Assembly (NCBI GenBank): GCA_030704615.1
Contig: CM060731.1
Coordinates: forward strand, 11,408,001-11,472,000
Direction of reading: 5' to 3'
Source of the DNA: Takakia lepidozioides
Lineage: Eukaryota; Plantae; Bryophyta
DNA length: 64,000 nucleotides
Each line of letters begins with the position of its first letter. Positions within the stretch are counted from its first letter, which is position 1. The notes beneath the pieces were generated by a model, which was not told the origin of the DNA, did not search any database, and saw only the letters and a list, made by a program, of their open reading frames with translations. This document shows, piece after piece, positions 26,291-37,599 of this stretch. Both the position numbers and the translations under genes were made by a program.

Positions 26291-29200
26291 TATTGTCACA
26301 AACTTCTCTACTTGAAACTTTTTCCATACACACAGTTTTGTGAGATGTTAAGTGTCTCGGCGGTCTAGGCTGAAAAAGACCGACGTAAGACGTAATACGA
26401 TATTCGACAAGCTTCTCTGAGAGGTTCTTTCGTGAGTTGTTGAACCATTGGCCTCAATCAGAAGTACTAGTTGTGGTGATTTAATACTCTCATTATTCAC
26501 CTATATGGATTGCATTTCGCATTGCATCTAATTATGTGGATGTCTTGCAGGAGCAGATGATGTAAGAAATTCTGGTGGTGTGGGTGTACATCTTGTGTTT
26601 AAAGGAACATGAGACAATCCCTGCAAGCAATCCAGTCTTATGCATCATTTTATCGTTATCCAAAGTTACTTCCCACAATCATAAATACATGTGACCAACA
26701 TCACCAAACCTTCGTCAAGTGAAGATGAAGGATTATCTCATTTTTTGCATGCAAAATTTCAACCGCGAGATAACCATATTTGTGGTGATTTCAAACGTTC
26801 ATTCATCCTCCACCTTCGCCTAATGAAGGTGTTCTCCATGGCCTTCTTCATCGTACGGCTGTTGACCTTGGAGTCCACAAGTAATACCCCACATTTTCCA
26901 GCCCAATGTGATTTTTTTGAGGGTTTACACTGTTATCTTGTTACGGAGATTATCATCTTGATCATCAGACGGCTATAATGACCATGTCAAGGCCAAGGAG
27001 AATTAATTCTCTCTCAAAGAAGATATTCGTGCAATCAAGTAAGTTTCAACCTTATACTAGCTCATGATTGTTTGAATATTTTTTCAATTTTTTGTTTTGC
27101 ACCATACTAACGAATCTATCCGGGCTTGTAGGTGGTCGTTCTATTTCTCTTTAAAAACGCTCACGACATCGCTGCAAGGGAGTTCGCTCGTCTCTACCTT
27201 GAGCAGTAGGACAAAGAGCACACTGCATTGGATGTCATTCTTTTGGTAATCGTGTTATGATTACATTAAATTCGTAGGCGACGCACCCATCAAGGTCAAT
27301 GATCGTGTCCAGTTGACGAACCTCGCCGCGCATGCTTACCGCGAAGGGGAACAAGACGAACATCAATCCGGGGGTTGGAGTCCAGCGACGAGGTGGGTTG
27401 GGCTCAAGAACCACCCACCCATGAGATGTGTCGTTAAGCTTGGCGGAGGGTCAGCGGTCGATGGAGGGAACTCCACCAGCTATCCTAAACTACCAGCAAA
27501 CGCAGGTCTAACTCCTACGTTCGCAAGGCAAAATTCGTTCGTGTCTCCTACGGAATCTCCTCCTAGCTAATTGTCTTCCAAGACTTCTTTAGTCACGTTA
27601 GCACAGTTTCATCTCGGAGCTATTAGCGTCCATGACATGTTCTCTCTGCCTAACAGTTTCCAGAGGACTGACAAAGCATTAAGGACAAGCTGCTTAGGTC
27701 TGGGTTGCTTCACAATCATGCTTCCCCAGATCGCACGTGTGTGCAAAGGGGATGCCTACATTCCCGCTATCTGAAGGGGAGAGCACACCCTAGCCTAGGA
27801 TAAAAGCTCGTAACCTAAACAATATCCCACTTCCTTGCTAATTTTTAGGGTTCCTGGCCATTTCTTAGCAATAGAATTCAATAGAAAAGATAGGAAAAAT
27901 ACTACCCTAGGCAAGCTCTTGAACTTAGGAAATAATGATAAAAATCCTATATTTAATTACCTCTATCCTTATTTTCTTAAGCAGAAAAATCCCTTTAAAA
28001 TCAGTTACTAAATCTGAAAATTGACTAATTCTAGAAAAATAGGCATTAGATAGGAATTCGTCTAAGCTTTCCAATGACCCGTGGCTTGGCTTCTAGACAA
28101 TTGTCTAACCCCTTCTCATTGCCCAAAAATTATTCTGAAGCTGTGGGAATCATAGGGAATTGGCCCAAATAGGTCCAAACAACCCCCTAAGCCCTTAATA
28201 CATGCCCCTAGCCTCTAGGTTCTAGGTTCAACCCCCCCCCCCAAGTGCTAAACTGGCTTTTCAAACAGCGGATGAAAAACTGATTTTTCATCCACTGTTC
28301 ATCCCTGCAATGGATGGAAAACTGCATTTATCATCCTGTTTTCATCCATCCTACATCCATCCCACGGATGAAAAAATGCTTATTTCATCCGCCATCATCC
28401 ATCCAAAAAAATCCCCTGCCCAAGGCCATGTGTTAAAGATCCGGTCGTCTCTCTTGTTTGAAACCCCAAAAGCCTTGGTTTGATTTCTATGGACTTTCCT
28501 CCCTCTTTCTTTTGCCGAGGTGTCTCGTGTTACCCCGCGATGCCGTTTTGGCCTATGGGTTCATTTTATGGCTCCGGACTACGGCCTCCAAACCCTCCAG
28601 AGCCTCTTCAAAATCCCCCCCTAGCCACTAAAGTGGTCTAATCCTTCACCATACCTAACCATCAAAGTATATTAGTTCCCCCAAGAGGATTTGATCTTGC
28701 CACCCCACTTAACCAGCGTCCGCTGGTAACAAGCAAATAAAGAATCATACTTCTTACTTTCAAATGTTTTAAACACTCTGAAAAATTTCCAGCGCCAAAA
28801 ATTAAAGTAAAAATAATTCCACAAATAGTTTCCCACTCCCTAATCCTTCCCTCTCTCTTTCCTATGGGGGAGGGTTTGGTTAGGCAAGTGGTTAACCAAA
28901 GAGAGGACCTAGTGGCTTTAGGCCTTCTTCATTCCAACTTCAAAAGAACAAAACTTAAACACAAAACATGATTTGAAGAATGAATCTACACTAACTTTGG
29001 CATAGTTAGTCTTCCACCATGGTGTAGTACTTCCACAAAAGAAAATAATAAGGCCTCATGGCCAACACAAAGTTAAAGGTCCCCTCCTTGCTTGCAACCC
29101 TCTATCTACTCTTGGTTAGAGGCCTCACAAGGTAATCCTTCAACTTCAAAACAAGGTAAATGCAAACCCTTGGGCCTCTTGGCCACTAAGGGGTTAGTAC

Positions 29201-30761
29201 TTTCCTTTCTCCACTCTTCACCACTCTTTCTAAGTTAGTGAAGCAACTAGAGCTAGAACAAGTACTTGCAATAACTCAAAGATAAAATAACAAAGCAAAA
29301 AACATCTCCATGGGCCTTTTGGCCACTATGGAGGATTGACGATCTCTCTTTCCCAAGCTCCCACCACCCTTGGTTAGTAGGACCAAGTTAGGGTTATATC
29401 AACAAGCTTCCACAACCATGGACAAGCAAAACAAAAAATGCAAACACAAATGGACAAAGGGCTAAGACTCTTTTCTCTTCACTCACAGGGCTTCACTTGG
29501 CTAAGTGGGCTACCAAAACTTGAAGGGAAGGGGTAGTGCTCACCTCTCCTATGGGGTTTGTTACTCCTACCTGTTCTTCATTCACCAAGGGCTCACCTCA
29601 CTCTCAAATGACAAATCCACTTCGCTTCTTGGGGAAGATACTCTCATTTTCCACATAAAATGGTTCTTGGCCTTTACACACTAGGTCCTAGGATCTCCCT
29701 AGTCTCCCTAGCACAAACTAGACGCTTCCTCCAAGCTTGCCTAAAACAACTAGGCTAAACTTTAAGCCAACAAGCAATCTAGGACTTCACTTCAAAAACA
29801 AGATGCTAAGGCTAAACAAGCTCTTCAAGCTAGCTCTCTAAGCAACTCCCAACAATAAACTACAAGCAAAAAAACAAGGAATGAAGTCTTTGAAGTGGTG
29901 AGCAAGCTCACCTCCGAATCTACGTATACTAGAAATACTATAACAAAAGAACGGATGACATCCAAAAATCCTTGGATGGAATATACAAGACACAACCACT
30001 TTTTGGGTGATAGGTTACATAAATCATTCAACCAGCTAGTTGGGGGCGGTGCTAATTCTTGTGGACCCAATCAAAATGAATTTCTTTTGGCCACATCGCC
30101 CAAACTAAAAACTTTGAATTATTGTTAAATTCCATCTTCCTCAATTCTGAACGTTGGCCACAAACTCCCTTGTGTTAATACTTGAACACCCACCAAACTT
30201 CAGGTTTATGTGGTCAACCCAACCTAAAAATAAACAGTCCCAAATCACAGCGCAAACACCGCTTTCAATGGGTAACATATTTTTTGGTTGTGAATAGATC
30301 GACGCTTGGGCCTAAAATTCCTTCCACATTATCTTGTTTACTCTTTACCCACAAACATAAAAAGCCCTCCACAAACAGCGCTCGACTCCGGCTTCGTCAT
30401 ATTCGCTGAGGTACGCGGTTATCAAAACCCAGTCGGCTGCTCCCGCTGGATAAAACCCCTTTAGATTTTTTGTAGGAGAACCAGACTCCTTGGAAGTTCC
30501 CTATTGAAATCATACCAAATGGTGGAATTGTCCTTCTGGGAAGAAGAGATTACTGCCGTCAGTCTGCTACTTCTCTCACTGTAGTGTCTATTTTGAATTA
30601 ATGAACTAAAACACACGGGAACCCATGCTTGATCCCTGTCACTGATATATCCGAGTATGAAAATGAAATCGTATCATGAGCATGTATGCTCTACGCCTCC
30701 ATCTTCCTCATGAACTGCATAGAAGCAATTGAAATTTTTATTTACCTGGATTTGCGAGACT

Positions 30762-31457
30762 TGTCGTGCGCATACAACGCTACACAACTACATCGCTTTC
30801 CAAAACCACACAACACATGTCACACCCACACACTAGTATACCACCAGTCCACCACTAGTCCAGCCACTAGTCCAACCAACTAGGCTACAACTAGTCCGTC
30901 ACTAGGCTGCCACTATGCTGCCCCCACTATGGCATCACTAGTCCACACAATAAGATAAAGAAGAAGAATACACACGAGCTCACAAATCTGAAGCATAAAC
31001 TCATGCATATATAACCTCATCACTCAAATACAAGTCAAGCCAAGTGCACCCCACGCCATGGAGAATCCACACTACGGCGCCATAGCTAGGCGCGGTGAGG
31101 CTCAACTCGAGAAAGATGAGCCTTCCGCGCTTGCCGTGAAGATAACCACTCCAGGGCCTAAATCTGCCTCGACCCCTGGATTGACACTTTGGCCAATCCC
31201 AAATGTCAATATGTAAAAGCTAGCTATTTCCTAGCTAGTTTCACACACTAGTGGTAAAATAACTTGACAGCTGTCGTGCGCATACATATCGCTACACAAC
31301 TACATCGTTGTCCAAAAACCACACAACACATGTGCACACACCACACACTAGTAACCACTAGTCCACACCCTAGTCCAGCACTAGTCCAACCACTAGTCTA
31401 TAACTAGTCAGTCATTAGGCTGCCACTATGCTGCCCACTATGGCAGCACTAGTCCAC
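30762..31457 (-). repeat. 3' terminal repeat block B1-GC-A2-spacer-B2
   Basis: B2 30762-30946 and B1 31272-31457 are ~185-bp direct repeats rich in CCACTAGT; A2 30954-31269 matches 42394-42709. Confidence 0.9.
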
Positions 31458-31744
31458 TAGTCCTCAAATCCATCGCCCCCCTAGCTGGTGCTTAGATCCC
31501 CTAAGTCCAGGTAGCCACAAGATGTGATAGTGACCATAGCTCACTAAGTCCTCCACCACTATCCCTACTACACTCAAACTCGATAGATCAAGAGGCCGGT
31601 GCAAGAGTTGCCCCATCGTTAGTCGCCGTCTTGCAACCTTGAACTTGAGTTTGGGATCTCATGTATTGACTCCTATGAGCTTGCCTCCCATGTCTTTTTA
31701 GCTGCCTCCAGGCATGTCCCACTGTCCACTGCCATTACCCAAGT

Positions 31745-31875
31745 ATTGGGACACAAACCATCTCCGTCAGGAACCTTCTCAAGAGGTGTGTCAAGCATCC
31801 ATATGCCAACCCCTTGAACATCGATCACACACCCAGCATGGTGGCTGCCCCTTTTGCAGACCCACAGAGCATGCA
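31745..31875 (-). other. PHD finger at the integrase C-terminus (frameshifted)
   Basis: Reconstructed across single-base indels: CMLCGSAKGAATMLVCDRCSRGWHMxCLTPPLEKVPDGDWxCP, a C4-H-C3 pattern; the last Cys is not recoverable. Confidence 0.8.
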
Positions 31876-31949
31876 CCTCAAACCTGCGGTACCACTGCCA
31901 AGTTTGGGTCAACTCTGCCATCGACATTGGAAGGTGACATGGCGCACAA

Positions 31950-33000
31950 TTACGCACATGGTCCTTCCACTCATGCCATCCGACCCTCCAAGATCATGAC
32001 CCATGAAGGCAACACCTCTCGAACCCTCAGAATAACACGCCCTCCCTAAACATCCAGAGTCGTAGGAGCAGTCTGCTGCAAATAAACATAGTCACCAGGG
32101 TAAACCTCCGAACCCCAGGACGATATCCTCCACCACGTATAGTGACATACCTCAACGTATCACGGTGTTGTGCAATGGCAAGGTTCTCAAAAGCCCCATG
32201 GGCATGACTTTCTTTAACAACTCTGCACGCTGATCACATGCACGTACCCACAGTTCCGGATCGTCAAGGTTAAGGACTGAGCAGTGTCCCTACGAATGGC
32301 TGCAGGCAAATTCCGGCTCTCGGCCAAAGAGAACGAATATGGTGAGGCAAGTGATGCTTGTTTGCTGAACCTGTAGCCCATGACTAACCAAGGAACCTGA
32401 AGATCCCATTTCCTAGGTGTCCCTCTGCAAGCCATACTTGCGCAAACCCCCTCTTCACCCGTCTGAACAACTCTCTCTGCTAAGCCATCGGCCTCAGGAT
32501 CCCCCGAAAGTGGTGCCGGTGGTCTATCAAGGCTTTATCACACAAAGCCTGAAACTCCCCCAAAACTCTCTCCCTTGGTCCGTGAGTACCTCAGCTGGAG
32601 CACCAAATCGGTTAAGCACACGATCCAAGAATGCATACGTAGCCCCTTCACTAGCCCTGTCAGGCAATGGACCCAACTCAATCCACTTGGAGAAGTGCTC
32701 CACCATCACCAACACATATCTGTGGTGGCGCATAGTCAGTGGCAACGGTCCTGCGAAGTCAAGACTCCACTGTAGCCCAATCCCATGATTGGTAAATGAT
32801 GCAACTGTGGTGTAGGGGCGTTGAAGAAGCACACACCCTGTCACACACCAGCACCTAGCCACGAACTGTTGCACCTCTGTATGCATACCACGCCACCAAT
32901 ACTGCCCCTGCAGTAAAACTGTGAGTGCGTCGTACTCCAAAATGCCCACAACTCCTCATGGGCATGCTGCACTAACCGTGCACGTGTGTGGGGTGAGGCA
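31950..33000 (-). pseudogene. Gypsy DDE integrase
   Basis: HAHEELG zinc-binding region, YWWRGM, WSLDFAGP, VLVMVEHFSKW, VLTDQGREF, ERVVQT, GPY/F-like PGDYVYL. Confidence 0.9.
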
Positions 33001-33379
33001 CAATCCTCACCCGACCATCCTCCCACACTCGAAGTAGGTGTATCCCCTCCCACTTGAACCTCTTGGCTCGTTGCAGGATCCGATCCCTCTCCCTGGCAGT
33101 CACAATGGTTGCCGTGTCTCCCGTGCGGAGGTAGTCCAACACAGCCAATCCTCATGTATCTCGGCACCACCTAGCTCATCACTAGCCTCAGGGTCCTCAG
33201 ACACTCCGTCTACAGTCATCCCTGTTGTAGGTCCAATCTGACCTCCCGATGCCAAGATCACAAAAATGGCAGATGCGTGCCATCCCGGCACCATCTCTCG
33301 TCCGTCTCACCATGCCACCGAGCTCCAGTGTCATCCTGCTGGCTCATGCATGGATTGCGACTCAATCCATCCGCATCCC

Positions 33380-34710
33380 GATTGACCAACCCGGTCGATG
33401 CACAATCTGAAAGTCATACTCCTGGAGTATAAGTGCCTACCGTGCAAGCTTCCCCGTAAGCTTGTCTGACTTCCATCACCACTATGGCTGGTGATCCGTG
33501 ACAAGGGTGAAAAGATTGTCGTATAGATAGCACCTGAAGTGTGTCATGGCCCACACTGCAGCTAAGCACTCTCCCTCATATGAGCTGTACTTAGCCTCTG
33601 CCAGCGTTGTTCGAGCAGCTAGCAAGCCACTACGAACTCTCTTCCCTCATCATCCACCTGTGTGAGCACCGCTCCAAGCCCCAGCATGCTCCAATCCGTA
33701 TGCAGCTGAAAGGGACGCCCCCCTGATAGGTCGTCTCAAGATAGGCGCCGAGGTCAACCTCGCCTTAAGCTCTTGAAAAAATCGTTCCTGCTCATCTTCT
33801 CCCATCTTCCCACTGCCACTCCTCCTGGTCCCACCTTGTCAGCTTGTGTTAGAGCCTTCGCAATGGTACTAAATCCCTTGACAAACCGTCTATAATAGTT
33901 TGCCAACCCCATGAAAGCTCGAACTCGGCTCACATCCGTGGGGCGTGGAATTTGTGCAATGGCCTCTACCTTAGTCTGCTGTACCCCCAATCCTCCAGGA
34001 TATATCATGTGACCCAGATACTCAATCTGGTTGTGGAAAAACTTTCCACTTCCTCGGATGCAACTTCAATCCGTGCGCTCTCAACGCTCCAATACCACCT
34101 GAAGGTGTCTCTCATGCTCCTCCATTCGTAACACTAAAGATGATGATGTCATCTATGTAGCACCGAGCAAGTCCACCCCTGCTAGAATCCTATCCATGAC
34201 TCTCTGAAACTCTGCAGGAGCATTCTTAAGCCCAAATGGTAAGAACCCCAGCCATTGATATAGGCAATCCTTGCCGTGCTCATTGATCCCCCAGAATGCC
34301 GTCTTCTGCTTGTCCGCCTCCTTGATTGGCAATTGGTGATATCCGGATCGTAAATCCAAAGTGCTAAAGGCCTTAGCATGCCCCGATGGCATCAAAGATC
34401 TCCTCTGGTGTGGGCATGGCATACTTATCGGACTTGTCTGACGATTTAACAGGCCGGTAATCACGCACATACGTCTCTCCGTCCAATTGCCATAGCCATC
34501 CTTCTTGGCTGGCATCACTGTGGCTGAAGCATACTCTCCACCAGAGAGCTCCACCAAACCTGCCTCCCAGAGATCTTGAGTCCTCATCTGAATCAAAGAC
34601 CTCTCCATGTCACTGTATCTATAGGGTCTCCGAAAGATTGGCGTGTCAGTGGCCAACTCAATATGGATCTCTTGACCCTTCAGTGCTCCCAAGTCCTTCA
34701 AACTGAAGGC
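33380..34710 (-). pseudogene. Gypsy reverse transcriptase and RNase H
   Basis: FSTLDLRSGYHQL, LPFGLKNAPAEFQRVMD, YIDD, YLGH, FMGLANYYRRFVKGFS; RNase H PFQLHTDWS, YSSYEGECLA, TDHQP. Confidence 0.92.
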
Positions 34711-35159
34711 AAAGCAATTCTTGTAAGCCCTCAGGAACCGCCGTATACGTCGTCTCTCTCCTCCGTGACAATGGGTCCAATGTCAGGCTCCCAATTGTCC
34801 TCCGTAACTGCAACCTTAAGTCCAGTGGGCTTAGAGGTAGAGGACGCGTCCAATGGTTGCTATGTTGCAACCTCTTGAGCAGTACTCCCTGCCTGCTCAG
34901 TCAATGACAAGGCCTCATCCTGCCCCATCATCTCATCCTTGAGGACCTCCTCAACCCGAGAAGAATCCCCAACCTCATCCATCACAGCCGCCTTGGCTGC
35001 CAACTCCCTCTGAACCTCGAGCACCTCCCACATGTGCCATGGATGCATGCACCCCGTGGTCCTCACATTCTCGCCCCCACTCACGCCTGTACCGTCTCGG
35101 TAGGTAGAGAGACCATTGAGGGAAGTGTACTCCGCACTCTGCGTTGCTCAGCCAGAGCC

Positions 35160-36230
35160 AAGCTGATAATCCAGGTCAAGCAATTGAGATCCATTGCTTG
35201 CCCCAACACTTGACGACGTGATGCCTCAAAAGAGACCACCGCCGTGCTACCAGTGGTAAAACCCATTGCCCCTCACGCTTGTCAGCATTAGGCTCCACTA
35301 ACTGCTGCAACTGATCATCCCACAGGAGGCCAGGTCCCTATCCCCGGAAAGCATGCGATCCTGGGAAGCTGAGCAGTGTAGGTAATGCTGCTCGTGGTTG
35401 ACCCACCTTGTTGACCACTGCCAAAGGCGAACGATCATCGTGTCTCACACGCTGAGACTGCCTCCCTGTGTCCAGAATGTTATCCACTGTGAGATGTGCT
35501 GGCCGCTGCACCCCATCAAATGCACGCTTAGCAGTGCGGGTGGCATCAAGTTAGTCCACCATAGCCGTGGACGATGAGCCCGTGACCCCACTGTAGCTGC
35601 ATCTAGCAACACTGCTGACCGAAGCCACGACCGGACTTGATGCACACTGGCCATCACCCTGGCCGAGAATCGCCCATCAGTGGCACATTCTCCAAGATGT
35701 ATGCTGGAGATACAGCTTGATGAAGCTGCATTTGGACAACAAGATCATGCTTTGTACCTGAGCCAGCCTTTGTAACCCTTCTGAAAAGTGAAGTAGTTAC
35801 CTTGCCAGACCTTAATCCCGAGGTAACTCGAGCCTGAAGAACACGCATATGCAAAACCCGCACCATCTCCCAAAACAGACCCGACCTCGAGTCTCGCAAT
35901 CCATTGCCATCCCGGCTGATGAATGCCCTTGGCAGGCCAACCTGCCACTACCAGATCAATGGAGCCAACCCGCTCCAAATCCTGCGCCCCCAGCAACGAA
36001 ATGTCTGCTGGCAAGGCCTGCTGATATCCACGAATTGCAGACACCGACAACAACTCAGGGACCGCTGCACACTGAGCAACTGAGCAAGCAAAGTGAAACG
36101 CTGAAACTCGTGCCAGTCTCATCCCTCTTCACATACAGGTAACGCCGAACTCATACACCTGCTTGTAACACAGCAGCCAATCCGGTGCTGATCCCGCCAA
36201 ACAAGTCCAGAAGACAAATGCCTTCATCCG
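35160..36230 (-). pseudogene. C5 cytosine DNA methyltransferase domain (DNMT3-like, non-permuted) within the retroelement polyprotein
   Basis: Motif I LLDLFGGISTG (~36215), IV IDLVVAGWP-CQGHS (~35960-35920, 1-nt frameshift), SGLFWEMVRVL, VI YILENV (~35690), VIII AHRPRLWWTNL (~35570), IX REGAMGF-like, X RRQVLGQAMDL (~35200). Confidence 0.88.
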
Positions 36231-36639
36231 GATACTGCCACACAATAGGTGTGGTGTCCAATGGAGACAATTGAGGTGGTCCTGGTGCAATCCCCACACT
36301 TCCTCCTTTCCTTGATGGTACAAAAGCCTCCACCCAGGCTTGTTGCACCCGTCGATCAGCATCCCGCTGCAAATCCTTGCTCGTGCCCCACAATGGAGTC
36401 TGAGCAACCATGGTAGGCAACTCCACCATACCATACATGTCATCCTGCTCTCCCGGAGGTGGTACATCCTCTGAATGAGCATTGCCCTCAAGCAACTCTC
36501 TAGGCCAACTCACTGCCACTGTGAATGTTGCTAGTGTTGGCATCTTGCCTCGCTGGGCAACCGCAACTCCTCCTATGAACGTCACAGGGAGCTGCACACG
36601 CCGGCCCTCCCCTGACTGCCATACAGGCCTATAGGAAGC

Positions 36640-37075
36640 TGACTCCTCCCAAAAATCCAGGGTGAAGCCCATGGGGTACAACACTGCCCCACCAACCAGG
36701 ACATCGTATGAGACTGCGTCTGTCACAATGGCCTTGGCTCGCATCACTGAGCCATCTGTAGGGTGATCCGGCCGTAGTCTGATAGCCAACTCACGCGTCT
36801 TGTCATGCCCCGAGCCTGCTCCGATCCTCCCAGAGACGTCTGTATCTGGAAAGAACAAGGCTCCATATCCGCCTCCGTGAGGCCCAAGCCTGCAATAGCA
36901 GCTCTGCCCAACATCAATGGCTGAGCTCCCGAGTCCAACAAGACCCGCAGTGGCCGGTACCTCTTGCCTGCCGGTCCACTCAAACAGAAAATGCCATCCT
37001 GGTTGTTTAACATGACAACTCCAGGTATCACCATGGCGCGCTCAATGGTTGGCCTAGCTAGCAGCTCCATCAACC
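36640..37075 (-). pseudogene. Retroviral-type aspartic protease
   Basis: VLLDSGAQPLMLG catalytic motif (~36935) and the downstream YDVLVGG motif; the latter is in the same ORF as DNMT motif I. Confidence 0.8.
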
Positions 37076-37599
37076 TGGCAGCTGCAGCTTGTCATGGCGC
37101 CGTCGTGGCAGTCTTGACCCTCAAGTCCGAGGATCCCTCCGGCACTACACCTCCCACTATCTCCGCAGAAGATGAAGTAACCTCCCCACTCTCACAGAGT
37201 GTAGCTGCCAGCCTGAACACCTCAGCTGGTTTTACCCCCGGCGTCGCAATCATGGTAGCCGAGAACAATGGAGCCTGGCACACAGATGTGGCCACTCCTA
37301 GCAGCACACTAGCTGCCGCAGCCTTGGCAACACTAGGTAGTGGTGCTACCCGTGTAGCTCTCCCCAATGGCATAGTAACCTCCGCCTCGGTAACCGTCGG
37401 GCGAGAACTAGGTGCCATGGATGGCGTCGACACTGTCTCCGCCAATGTGAATGACTGAGGAAGCCTAGCCTGACGACTTGCCTCCCCACGCTGTGGATCC
37501 AACTCCACCTCTGCACCTCGTGGCTCAGGAACTCGTGCTGCTCCTCGAGTCACGGCTGCAGCAGACTCCACCTGCACTAGTGGTAGTGCTGCTCCACAC

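Noticed and set aside
28900-30130. Possible decayed transposase or gag ORF
   Set aside because: No diagnostic motif could be recognised.
35160-36230. Host DRM/CMT/DNMT3 gene or bacterial contamination
   Set aside because: Intronless, colinear with protease and RT inside the TSD-bounded element; motifs are not permuted and there are no BAH, chromo or UBA domains.
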